The notes below the pieces were generated by a model. The model was not told where the DNA came from. It made no database searches and worked only from the letters and a program-made list of their open reading frames with translations. Made by a program: the position numbers and the translations under genes. A stretch of DNA of 64,000 bases, from contig CM022671.1 in assembly GCA_012295275.1 (NCBI GenBank), positions 34,658,001 to 34,722,000 of the forward strand. The letters are read 5' to 3'. Of this stretch, positions 44,772 to 57,975 are shown one piece after another; the first letter of the stretch is position 1; each line of letters opens with the position of its first letter. The DNA comes from Chrysomallon squamiferum. Taxonomy: Eukaryota > Animalia > Mollusca.

Positions 44772-45620
44772 TAGACCTCGTAGTTTACCGCGATCTCGGT
44801 AAACGGACGGAATTCACGGAATTCACATTGTGGAACGGAAATCATATTTCGAAACGGAATTTTAATTTTCAGCGAAGTCGAAAAACAAATATCGTCATCC
44901 TATTATGAAACCATCGATTTGTCAGTGTTGTCATACGCGCGATGTCTTATTTACCGGATTTCCGCTTGCAGTCACGCATGCGCAGTTGTTATATTCTCTG
45001 TTCTTTTCCACTGACACCCGTAGCTGTCAATGTTTTAAATATATTCCCAAACGCAGAAGAATTATTCAGAAAAATTAATATATAACATACAATAGTATTC
45101 GATAAATAATATAGTGCGTAGACCATTATGATTATTCATAATACTGGAACATCAGATATTGCGCGGGATAGTGTTAAAACAAACGAATCACTGAAACAGC
45201 TAGTGGATGTAATAGCTGATAATGACAATTTCACAGAACTCAAGTTCATTTCATACAGAAACGCAAATCTACGGTTTCGTATCGCTTTATCAGTGTGGCC
45301 AGACTGTATAATTATGAATTAGTTGTCACAATGGCGGACGTACCAGACAAAAAGCCCAAACTTAAAAGAAGTGTTCGTCTCACCAGCGTAAATGCCAGAG
45401 AGCGTGCAAGGAAGTTAAAGATGACATGTACGATGATGGACGTGTGCTTTTATCTTTATTTTGCCAGCACAGTATAGACTTTAAACAAGTTAACACGGTG
45501 AAAAGTCAAAGTAAAAAACACCCTCTGAAACTCCAAAAGACAGATACTGGTAGTGTGTGTCACAGTGCATCTGTGGGGCCTTCTACGAGTTGCTATAATG
45601 AAATCACAATCAGAGCATGA
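44772..45620 (+). mobile_element. Degraded hAT element 5' part encoding a CGGBP1-like zinc finger
   Basis: 45331-45530 gives, with a frameshift, MADVPDKKPKLKRSVRLTSVNARERARK/KDDMYDDGRVLLSLFCQHSIDFKQVNTVKSQSKKH, resembling the CGGBP1 BED-like finger. A putative end TAGACCTC with CGGAATTC repeats recurs at 56197-56430. Confidence 0.6.
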
Positions 45621-46406
45621 ACAATATTGAATAAATAGCATTTTCTCCTGTGATTTTTACAAATTGCCTCAGTGTAATTTATATTTTAATTTTTAATTAA
45701 ATAGTTTATTTCTGAAACATATTTTTTTAGTATCAAACACTGGTCAATAAACACGTAAAAGTATTTTTGGCATTTATTTTTTTCACGTTTGAATATTATT
45801 TAAAAACTATGACAGTTACACTTATCATAACCAAAGGTTTTTTTTTTTTTTTTTTAAACAGCTAAATAAATACCTAATGCACTATACTATAAAAATATTC
45901 TAATATACTATGTAGATCTCTACATTAACTTTTTAAAAATTAAAAATCCAATTATTATGAATGATGAGAAGTGCAAACTCATTTGTTTGATATATACACA
46001 AACGTAACAATTAAGAACACGAATTAAAAAAACAAACAACATATATATATATGTTTACATTCGTCATATGACTATGGAGTCAATGTTAATTTGGGATGTA
46101 GAAAATAGTATTAGAACTGATTTTCATTATTATTTTACTTTTATTTTTTATTTTTGTTTGTTTCGGGTGTTATTTATTTTTATTTTTATTAATTTATTTG
46201 GGTTTTTTTAAAGTGTTTTTAAAAACATTTTTTTTAAATAGCGAAATAAATAACTAATGCGCTATTCTATAAAAATATTCTATGATACTAAGTAGATCTC
46301 TACATTAACTTTACAAAAATTAAACAACCAATTATTATGAATTTGAGAAGTCAAAACTCAATTTTTTTACATATATATATATAAACGTAACAATTAAGAT
46401 CACAAA

Positions 46407-46440
<34 letters not shown>

Positions 46441-48220
46441 AGTGAGTGTGTGTGTTTATATATATATATTTGCATTCGTAATATGACTATAGAGTCAATG
46501 TTAATTTGTCATGTAGAAAGTCGTGTTAGAACTGATTTTTATTATTATTTTATTTTTATTTTTTATTATTCTTGTTTGTTTCTCGTGTTATTTTTTTATC
46601 AATTTATGTTGAAGGGTGTTTTTTTGTGCATTTTATTGGGGATATTTAAATGTGTTTATTTTCACCAATTCTATTATTTTTCCGCTTAACTCAGCTGCTT
46701 AATGCAATAATGGATACCATGTATTTTTTTGTCTACCGAGTTGTTATTTTACTATCAAGGATGAAAGAAATGACAGATAGACAAAACGTATGACAACAAT
46801 AACTTCAGTACAATTCATAAATTTATTTCTTCCATTAAAATATAAAAGCAAAAGAGACAAAAGGTGTATCTTTGTATTTTCCGTCAAGAATGCCAAGCCC
46901 TACTTTATAGTATCAAACCCTACAAACAAAGCCCTACAGAGATAAGCAGGGAGAAAAAGATCGAAATACTTCACGGAAATACATACTCAAATTACTGCAG
47001 ATAAAACAAAAACAACGATAGCATGGATAAAATATGATAAACGCTTTTCAGAATACGAATTACTATTTATTGTGATATAGAAAAATCATTCATGGAAACC
47101 TACTGTGAATATCCCAACGTGATATAATGAGTATCAAACAATAATGACTCATTAATTATTTTTATCCTGATCATCTCTTTCATTTGTTTATCCAATCACG
47201 TTTTTCTTTTTGACTGACACCCGTAGCTCTCCTTCTTTTAAATATATTCCCAAACGCAGAAGAATTATACCAAAACATTCATATATTATATACATAATAT
47301 AGTGCATAGACCATTATGATTATTCATAATATTGGAACATCAGATATTACGCGGGACAGTGTTAAAACTAACGAATCACGGAAACAGCAAGTGGATGTAA
47401 TAGGTGATAATGACAATTTCACAGAACTCAAGTCTCCAGCGCCTATCACTGCTCTAATGTTTACACGCAAAACCAGAACATGAATCCAATTACAGCCTCC
47501 TCAGATTTTCACTGAAAACAAAAACATCGTTAAAATTATCGATAAACTTACTGAATATGAAGGCTACTCCACACACAAACAAGGACTGACTGCCGTTCAT
47601 CTTGTACTTACGACTTTTCAAATGGTTACTTTCTGCAACTTTCAAAAACCCCAACATTTCGCGCCAAACAGAAGCAGAACTGAGAACGCCAACTGCAGTA
47701 AAGGAAGAAAACCAGGACTGGTCCATTCCAAGGGTTGGAATCATCGCCATGTAGTCTAACGAACATAGTACTATGATGTAGTGCAGCGATGGGAATGTGT
47801 AAGATTACACCCCTAAGTCGACATGGGATAGTCCACAGATTTTCAGATAAGGATATTGTTTGGATTGCCTTCTGCCATGGTAAAGTAAATAACATAATCA
47901 GAGTTCAATCTTTTTTTGTACTCTGCTCTAGTGAGAATATTTTCGTAACTAACATTTAAAAAAAAAAAGAAGGGGGTTTAAGATCGTAGATTATAAAGTT
48001 TGTTTTGAATAATATATTTATTTACTTATTTAATTTTATGTATGTATCCATTGTTATTTTTAATTTTACTTTACTTAAGTAATAACCTGGGTGGTTTCCA
48101 CTTTGGTTGTTTTGTTGTTTTGTTTCTTTTTTTTTATATGAATTAACCTTATATATAGATTTCTATCTGTTTATTTGGTTTTATTATTTATTTATTTTAT
48201 TAATTAATTTATGCATGCAT

Positions 48221-48289
<69 letters not shown>

Positions 48290-49312
48290 GGATTTTGAAT
48301 ATTCTCTGTTGTACATACGTCTGAATAGATTCTGCACGTAGACAACATTCAGGAACACACTGGCGCAGGAGAACAAAGTCCAATCACAACCTCACAAACC
48401 CGTCAGATGCCGCTGACGAGACTCGAACGTTTTTTGCATTTCGTCATTTTTGTTTGTATCTGGGGGGAGGGTTGTGTTATTTATTTATTTATTTGAAAGT
48501 GTTTTTAAATATTCAGCTATTTTACCCAAAAAAATTTTTTTTTTTAAAATAGCTAAATAAATAACTAATGCACTATTCTCTGAAGATATTCTAATATATT
48601 ATGTAGATCTCTACATTAACTTTCCAAAAATTAAAAAACCAATTATTATGAATTTAAGAAGTCAAAATTCAATTCTTTGATATATATATATATATATATA
48701 TATACATACATACATATATACATATATATGTGTGTGTGTGTTTGTGTGTCTGCATTCGTTATATGACTATAGAGTCAATGTTAACTTGTCATGTAGAAAG
48801 TCGTGTTAGAACTGATTTTTATTATTATTTTATTTCTATTTTTTATTATTGTTGTTTGTTTCAGGTGTTATATATTTTTTCCGCAGGGGGATATTTCCAA
48901 CGAGTTTATCACAGGTATTCAGATAAGGATAGTGTTTGGATTTTCTTCTGCGAGGGTAAAGTAAATAACATAATCAGAGGTCAATGATTTTTTCTACTCT
49001 TCTCCTGTGAGAATATTTTCGTAACAGACATTTAAAAAAAAAAAAAAAAAAAAAAAGGGTTTAAGATCATAGATTATAAAGTTTGTTTTGAGTAATATAT
49101 TTATTTACTTCTTTAATTTTATGTATGTATCCATATTTATTTTTAACTTTACTTTACTTAAGTAATAACCTGGGTGGTTTCAAGTTGTTGTTTTTTTTCT
49201 TTTTTTAATATGAATTTACTTGATATATATAGATTTCTATTTCTTTATTTGGTTTTATTATTTATTTATTTTATTTTATTTATTTATTTGATTAATTAAT
49301 TTATGTATGTAT

Positions 49313-49358
<46 letters not shown>

Positions 49359-50380
49359 AGGTTGTTGTAAATACGTCTGAATAGACTCTGCACATAGACA
49401 ATTTTCGGGAACGCACTGGCGCAGGAGGACAAAGTCCAATCACAACCTCACAAACCCGTCAGATACCATTGACGAGACTCGAACGTATTGCACACATTCG
49501 CCCACACTCCGAAGGCGGACGATGAAACCGTTCAGCCATGAGACAACCTTATCAAAAGATCCTCAATAACCGAGAGTAATCACCAAAATATTAGTAACAT
49601 TAGTTTAGGATCACTGTAGAAATTACCTTGAAGATTACTTTGACATATCTACCTATCTATCTGGATATCTATCTCTCTGTCTGTCTATCTATCTATCTAT
49701 CTATTTGATTGTTGGTTTGCTAAAAACAATTGGATGGATGCATGTATTGAGTAATATATTTATTTACTTATTTAATTTTATGTATGTTTATACATAATTT
49801 ATTTTTATTTTTACTCTACTGAATTAATTACCTTGGCGTTTCAAGTTTGTTTCTTGATTACTTTTTTCTTTTTTGTTGTTCGTGGCTGTTTTGGGGTTTT
49901 TTTCGGTTTTTTCTTCTTCTTTTCTTTAATATGACCTTCCTTTTATTTATACATATATTTCTATACCACCTTAATAAATGTTCCTCAATAACCGAGCGTA
50001 ATCATCGCTTCCACGTTTTTTGCATTTCGTCATTTTTGTTTGTATCTGGGGGGAGGGTTTTGTGGGAAACCTGGCAGTAGCAAGTATGTAGTTTAGGAAT
50101 TTAATATTCTCTGTCGTATGCACGTCTGATTATACACATTGCATTGTATTTCCAGATTATGGATTTTGGAGTTATCTCCCTTTAATAAATACTCTGCAGC
50201 GACAAAACTTTCGCCTACGTGTTGCATATATGTAGATGGTTTGAGTTCGCCAACAAAATAAATATAGTGATAAAATATCTGGTCACCCCAAAACATCTTT
50301 ACTATTAGACTTCAAAAGGAATATAAATATACTTGATAAATAATAATTCGTTTTAAAGCGTTATACATTAATAATTAATA

Positions 50381-51378
50381 CAGTAAACCTCGCCTGAATC
50401 TCGGGACGACTTATAGTGACTACTTGCAAATGTAAGTCGGCAAAATGACGACTTATCCTAGCATATTCTCTGTTAGAAGCAGCCACAATTATTCGCTTTC
50501 AGCGGTGTTTTATATGTCCTGTTGTTTATATCTCTGGAGAACGTCCTTCATTTTTTCAGTTTTCCATTCTTCAACTACAGGTATATTAATATCCCCAGAT
50601 TCAGCCATTTTAATCACTTTTCCGATTCTCCAACTTTCCTTAAAATGACCAGTCCAACAGTCATTCAGTTTCTCACCCATCCTCGTGACCAGTTTGCTCA
50701 GCAGAGCCTCGTGCTTTTTGAAGTTGCATTTCAGCATTGATAGGAATTTCAGGTCTAGCAGCCATTTGTCGAAACCGTTTAATTAGCGCGGAGTCGACAT
50801 CTTCAAATGTCGGGTGCCTGATGCGTTTCAACCCTTTTCTTGAATCGGGACGCTCACCCTTCTCGATGGCCTCGATTACTTTAGATTCTTTTTTTTCTTT
50901 TTCTAAAAGTCGTTTAGTGTTGTGCGGAAAATCTTGAATCTCTCCGCCGTCAGAAACTTTTTCTTCATAAGACTGGCTTCCCAGTACTTAATTATTTCAT
51001 ACTTCTCCTTATAATGTTTAGCTATTACTCGCCTCTTTCCACCAGTCGCCATTTTGTACACTAAAAAAAAGTCACCATCGTCAGCGCCACTTTCCAAAAT
51101 AACGTGTTAATTCAACGCACCCATACTGGAGGCAAGTCACGTGCATATCAATATCTCAACCCACAACGCCCGTCTACACCCACGCCAATAGCTTGAGACA
51201 GCGGGTACATTGTGCGAGACTGTTTCGAGGGATTTCCCACTGACGACTTAGCGCTAGAAGTTAACGGTGTTTCGACGACTTAAATAGGGCTAGTTTATTG
51301 GAAATAACGTTACAGAAAATCGGGTGTTTTAACCAAAATGACGTTTACTCACTTTGACGACTTAGGCGAGGTTTACTC
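50381..51378 (-). mobile_element. Internally deleted Tigger/pogo element (CENP-B-type HTH remnant), copy 1
   Basis: TA + CAGTAAACCTCGCCT ... AGGCGAGGTTTACT TIRs. Minus-strand remnant MATGGKRRVIAKHYKEKYEII...RIRHPTFEDVDSALIKRF...SGDINIPVVEEWKTEKMKDVLQRYKQQDI with stops, ending before the DDE core. Confidence 0.85.
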
Positions 51379-51409
51379 GACTTCTTTTTTTAACTATCTT
51401 ATTGCAATA

Positions 51410-51680
51410 TGCCGAGTCACATTCTTTCTTACATTAAACAAATGTCGAGACACGCCACCAACCAAAAATGTTACAAAATGACACGTTTATACAAGACAGT
51501 TTAGTCACAGAAGAGTATTTAATGACTTCACCAGTCACTACATTGCAGGCACAGACGCATAACCACGACAGATTTCTTGCAGTAAGTAAATCATATTTTT
51601 TGTTGGACTAATTAAATGAAGTTGGATCATTTTCCACGGCACACTCATGTGTTTCGGCGCAGTGGTTGAAAATCGCTCTA
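51410..51680 (+). mobile_element. hAT/Charlie-like MITE 3' fragment (second copy ~60990-61262)
   Basis: Ends in cacggcacact...cggcgcagtggttgaaaatcgct, resembling Charlie-type right termini; duplicated. Confidence 0.45.
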
Positions 51681-52457
51681 ATACGTTAAATAAATACTTC
51701 ATTTTACGCTATTTAATACATTAAATATATAGCATTCATTTTAATCTAATTAACCTTTTTTATTTCTTATTTATATATTTTTTATTTATTTATTTTTTTA
51801 TTCTTTTATGTATGTATATATATATATATATAATTTGTTTTAATTTTTATTTTTTTTAAATCAGAACACACGTGTAAGCCAAATAATAACACATAATAAT
51901 TACCCATCGTTTCAATATGAGGTAAAAACAAGGACTATAAAAAGAACACTGTAAGCGACAATTAAAGTCAAAACAGACTTCATTGTTTTAAAAATAAAAT
52001 AAGAAACAAAAAACCAAGAAACAAGTGTAATATTTTGTTAGTGAGAAACAACCTCAGTTCAAAATCAGCTGTGAAAACTAAAAATAACAGCATAAAAGAT
52101 AAAAGAAAGATTTTATTAGATACATTTTCCAAGATATAAAAATATAAGTTATTTTAAAAAGATGGATGGATGATTAATAATATCAAAAACATGTAGAAAA
52201 GAAGTAGAAAAATATAGGAAAATTGATAAATGGCTTTCTTAAACATAATTAAATTTCAATATTTGTCTATTTTATAGAGGCAGATATCATTCATTATATA
52301 TACTTACATATTCACATATGGATTTAAAAACATATTAAATTTCAAGCAATTAACATTTAAAGTAATTTAAGAAAGTAAGACAGTATCCTTATTACTTACA
52401 ATAGTGAAAGATAGCTAAAATGTTTATCTTCTTTTTTTAAATTAATAGAGTTTAGTG

Positions 52458-52674
52458 TTAAATCATATTCAGAAAGCCAGAAACTATTGCTACAACAGCA
52501 GCAACACACACCAGGAAGACACTGCCTGATTTGACTACAGCGTAAGATCCATAATAATCATCACAAAAAGGAGGAGCAAACCCATGGTCTATATCTTTCA
52601 CAATGCGCAGCAGTTTCTCTGGACAGCTGTCTTGTAGTGATTCACTTGTACACTTCCACATCTCTACGTTTAGT
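52458..52674 (-). CDS. Gene B3 terminal exon 5: LNVEMWKCTSESLQDSCPEKLLRIVKDIDHGFAPPFCDDYYGSYAVVKSGSVFLVCVAAVVAIVSGFLNMI*
   Basis: Acceptor tttcag|, 217 nt, phase 2, TAA stop; paralogue of 29731-29962. Confidence 0.9.
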
Positions 52675-53498
52675 CTGAAAATACAACAGAGATAGATATT
52701 TCCACACTATTCAGCAAACGTTTTTTATGTTTGGTGTATGAATGTACTTTTAACAAAAGAAAGAATCATTCTTAAAGTAGACTAACAGTAGAATAAATAA
52801 CTCAAACAGATTTTTAGACATTCCAACAGTTTCTTAGATACTGACACCAGCTGTTGATAACAATAAAATATACAGCAACACAGTAAAAAATGAAAACTTA
52901 CATGAAAACTGGTCAAGGGTTTTCACGACATTTCACATGTATAGAAAAATAGTTTAAAAAACAAAAACAGTATATTTTAATACAAAAACTACCATCCATT
53001 TTTACTATTCAGATTAATGTATTGAATTATAACAAAAGTCACATCAGATGTCACACAGACAAACTTAGGTATGTCATAAAAAATACATCATATCTAAAAG
53101 ATTGTTTTTCCAAGGCTAAAACTAAAAGAAAAATACAAAATTACATATTTATCAACATTTAGATGTGGTCAAAGTAACATCCTCATTAATGTGAATCAGA
53201 AAAAACGAATATTCAAAAATTACTCTTTCATCTAGTTTGATATAATAAAAAAAAAAAAAAAAATACGGAATTAAAAACAAAAACAGCATTGATAATTCCA
53301 CAGACTTCATTTCTCTCAGCATAACTATGAATATTTACACACTGGGCCATAAAAACATAACTACAACCAAAATACAATATCATGTGAAAAGCAGCAAATT
53401 AAACTTAATAACAGTGAAATATAATAAACCTGAACTAATAATGTTCTAATCCTTTCATCTATACGTAATTTTTTTAATACAAAACCAGTTCTACAAAC

Positions 53499-53643
53499 CG
53501 ACAGGTCAAATCCCTGACTTCTTCCTCATCAGGATTTTCTCCCATATCTTGAATCTTCGCCTGGAACTTCTTGTTTTCTTTCTCTATGCAGATCTCTGTA
53601 GAGGCCTGATTTTGCATCAAACACCCTTTGTTCTGATTGATGT
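53499..53643 (-). CDS. Gene B3 exon 4: (Y)INQNKGCLMQNQASTEICIEKENKKFQAKIQDMGENPDEEEVRDLTC(R)
   Basis: Acceptor tttttcaag|, donor CG|gtttgt, 145 nt, open frame. Confidence 0.87.
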
Positions 53644-54477
53644 CTTGAAAAACCACAATGTATTAAATTTAAATTATATATTTTATTTACTGTGAAATGG
53701 ACATTTAAAAAAAAAAGAAGAAACAAGAGACATGCTAACAACAGATTAAAAACACTCTATGTATAATTGATTTTGTATTGGCATCATCACTGACGTTAAC
53801 GTCCTATAATTCATACCACTCAAAACTGATCATATACGTAATAGGTTTGTATATATATCATCATTAACATTAACTTTCTCCTATTCAGAATACTCAACAC
53901 TGGTCATATATCTGTTTTATGTAAGCTTTCTAATTATTATTTTCTGTCATAGACAACAACAACAACAAAAAAAAACAATGCTGTAATTATCAAACATCTG
54001 AAAGCCTTATTATTTTACAGCAGTCATAAGAGAAATTATTGTTTTTCCTACTTAAATTGTATAGTATAACAACTTTCAGAAATGACACAATCAGTACAAT
54101 AATGTGTAATGGTTTTAATGCTCTACCTATGAAAACTGCCAAACCAACTCTTCTAAAATGTGTTTTCCAATTACAAAACTAAAACCAATAAATTTATTTG
54201 ATGTAGGTACGAACACACATAATTGTACGCAGATTTATATGACCCATTTTGCTCCACCATTTCAGAATACGTATATATGTCATATATTTCAGGAACTTGT
54301 GAAATAAAATAATCTGTTCAAACACATTTTTTTTCCAACCCAGTAGTTCTGTTAATACACTGTGAGTTCTACTCTCACTTGCTGATTTGAACAAACAGCA
54401 AACACAACTGAATTAACAGGTTCTACATTATGATAATTTATAATGCATTTTAAAAAGCAAAATTAGTAAATACATAC

Positions 54478-54623
54478 AGTCTATATTATTACACAGAAGT
54501 TTAGTTGTTTCATTCCATCTTTTAATGTCAATCAGTTTTTCCAGTTGTTTTACAAAGTTGGTATTCTCACAGTCATCAATGATCTTCTTCATGCACTTTG
54601 TCATTTGAAACATTTTACTTGAT
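54478..54623 (-). CDS. Gene B3 exon 3: SSKMFQMTKCMKKIIDDCENTNFVKQLEKLIDIKRWNETTKLLCNNID
   Basis: Acceptor tttcag|, donor T|gtatgt, 146 nt, open frame. Confidence 0.9.
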
Positions 54624-54666
54624 CTGAAATAGCAATTACTATGTGTTGTTGTTGCTGTTGTTCTTC

Positions 54667-54700
<34 letters not shown>

Positions 54701-55925
54701 GTGCAATTTTTGTTGTTGTTATTCTTATTACTATTATTATTATTATTAACGTTATTTTAATGTACTATTAGTAGTATTATAATTATTTGTCTTATTATTG
54801 TCACTATATTATTTTAATCATCATCATCATTATCCACTTTAATTATAAGCAGTTAGCTGATAATGTTTTATCCACATTCAGTTTAATATGCGCAAGTCTT
54901 ACTGAGACTAATAATTTTTTTTTTAAGATACACAAATATCAGCAGCTATAATTTCTCATACCAATATTATAGAGGCATTTTGTCAACACCAAAATAAATT
55001 ATGTTTACAACCTATGAATTTTTATTTAGTTTATGTTAACATTCTAATTTAACATGTTTATCTAAACAGTTTTTCATATTTTATCCATCCTACGTAGAAA
55101 GTTGTGGTGCCTACTACTTTAAATGTGTATTTTTTAAAAAACAATTAGAAATTTTTTATTTCACTCACACACTCATACCCATGTTTACACAGAAAATGTA
55201 CATACACATATCTATACACCAGCAGCCTTACAAGTATGTGCTTTACGCTATCTCGGCTTTTCCGTTGATCACTGATCACGGCGTTCTCGAGTAGCAGAGC
55301 ACTGGCAGAGGAACCCCAGAAAATGGCCTGCTGACAGCTTATAAATAGATTTCTAAGAATAAATCTTTTTTCATGATGTTCTGCACACATAACTGTGACA
55401 TCTCCAACATTCCGAAAAAAAGTGAAAAATCTGCCTTATAAAGTCACCCAAGTAAATATAGCATCTAAACGAACATTCTTAAAATACATACCCATTCAAA
55501 AGATCATTTATTTAACTTTATTTCTGCCAAATTTCACGGAAGTCTAACGTTGCGAACATGGTTTCTTTGATTGCGAACGGTGTTGAACGCATCTCTTTGT
55601 TATGATAATGGACGTCGCTGTTTGAGGGAATGAGCTCACGTCAACCAAATGCTGCCTTCTGATGAGTCGAGAACGTTTGTTTACCTTATTTATAAATTAC
55701 ATGAATGCTTTTCTCTATACCCTAACACTGTTCTAAGCAGTTTTTCAAGTTTTTCAATGTTTATATTTCCCTTGTCTTCAACTAAATAAAATATTGTTTA
55801 CACTTCCCTTTCATACATTTATTAGGAGATAGAGGCATTTTTTTTTAACAAATGAACCCTCAAAAAGATACATACTTTGTTAGAAGAAACTACAATAAAC
55901 ATTAATCAATATTTTCAGTATTTAC

Positions 55926-56070
55926 CTGCACAACTTTTTTACTTTGTCACCATCTTTATCCTTTAGGACATTCAGGCCTCTCCCTGAAGTTGAACTGATT
56001 CCCAGATCTGTTAGACAGTTGTCTAGAGCTTCTTTCGGTTGTTCTGGACAGTGAGCATGTGCGAAGCAGA
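55926..56070 (-). CDS. Gene B3 exon 2: CFAHA|HCPEQPKEALDNCLTDLGISSTSGRGLNVLKDKDGDKVKKLC(R)
   Basis: Acceptor ctttgtacag|, donor AG|gtaaat, 145 nt (phase 1 to 2), open frame. No exon 1 was found upstream. Confidence 0.87.
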
Positions 56071-57470
56071 CTGTACAAAGTAAAAAAAATCATCATTCAT
56101 TTAATCATTTATTGAATCTGCCAGGCACTTGTCACCGGACAGATAAATGTATTTTTCAAACACTGTTTATAAATAAACAGTTAACAGTTATATGATTAGA
56201 CCTCATGGTTTACGCGATCTCGGTAAACGGACGGAATTCGCGGAATTCACATTGTGTAATGGAAATCATATTTCGAAACGGAATTTTAATTTTCAGCGAA
56301 GTCGAAAAACAAATATCGTCATCCTATAATGAAACCGTTGATTTGTCAGTGTGGTCATACGCGCGATGTCTCATTTACCGGATTTCCGCTTGCAGTCACG
56401 CTTGCGCAGTTGTTATATTCTCTGTTCTTTGCGACTGACACCCGTAGCTGTCAATGTTTTAAATATATTCCCAAACGCAGAAGGATTATTCAAAAAAATT
56501 AATATATAGCATACAATAGTATTCGATAAATAATATAGTGCGTAGACCATTATGATTATTCATAATACTGGAACATCAGATATTACGCGGGACAGTGTTA
56601 AAACTAACGAATCACGGAAACAGCAAGTGGATGTAATAGCTGATAATGACAATTTCACAGAACTCAAGTCTCCAGCGCCTATCACTACTCTAATGTTTAC
56701 ACGCACAACCAGAACATGAGTCCAATTACAGCCTGCACAGATTTTCACTGAAAACAAAAACATCGTTAAAATTATCGATAAACTTACTGAATATGGAGGC
56801 TACTACCCACACAAACAAGGACTGGCTGTCGTTCATCTTGTATTTACGATTTTTCAAATGGTTACTTTCTGCAACTTTCAAAAAACCGAACACTACGCGC
56901 CAAACAGAAGCAGAACTGAGAACGGCAACTGCAGTACAGGAAGAAAACCAGGACTGGTCCATTCCAAGGGTTGGAATCATCGCCATGTAGTCTAACGAAC
57001 ATAGTACTATGATGTAGTGCAGCGATGGGAATGTGTAAGATTACACCCCTAAGTCGACATGCGATAGTCCACAGATTTTCAGATAAGGATATTGTTTGGA
57101 CTGCCGTCTGCGATGGTAAAGTAAATAACATAATCAGAGTTCAATCTTTTTTTGTACTCTGCTCTAGTGAGAATATTTTCGTAACTAACATTTAAAAAAA
57201 AAAAAGAAAAAAGGTTTAAGATCGTAGATTATAAAGTTTGTTTTGAATAATATATTTATTTACTTATTTAATTTTATGTGTGTATCCATTGTTATTTTTA
57301 ATTTTACTTTACTTAAGTAATAACCTGGGTGGTTTCCACTTTGGTTGTTTTGTTGTTTTGTTTCTATTTTTTTTATATGAATTAACCTTATATATAGATT
57401 TCTATCTGTTTATTTGGTTTTATTATTTATTTATTTTATTAATTAATTTATGCATGTATATACTGTGTGT

Positions 57471-57526
<56 letters not shown>

Positions 57527-57904
57527 TAGAATTGAATATTCTCTGTTGTACATACGTCTGAATAGACTCTGCACACAGATAATATTCGGGAACGCACTGG
57601 CGCAGGAGGACAAAGTCCAATCACGATCTCACAAACCAGTCAGATACCATTGACGAGACTCGAACGTTTTTTGCATTTCGTCATTTTTGTTTGTATCTGG
57701 GGGGAGGGTTTTGTTATTTATTTATTTATTTGAAAGTGTTTTTAAATATTCAACTATTTTACCAAAAAAAATAAATAACTAATGCACTATTCTATGAAGA
57801 TATTCTAATATATTATGTAGATCTCTACATTAACTTTCCAAAAATTAAAAAAAAAATTATTATGAATTTGAGAAGTCAAAATTCAATTCTTTGATATATA
57901 TATA

Positions 57905-57975
<71 letters not shown>

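Noticed and set aside
47490-47895. Repeated minus-strand ORFs MAMIPTLGMDQSW... (also 34829 and 56726)
   Set aside because: They recur only because of the duplication, lengths vary between copies, and the + strand frame looks more protein-like.
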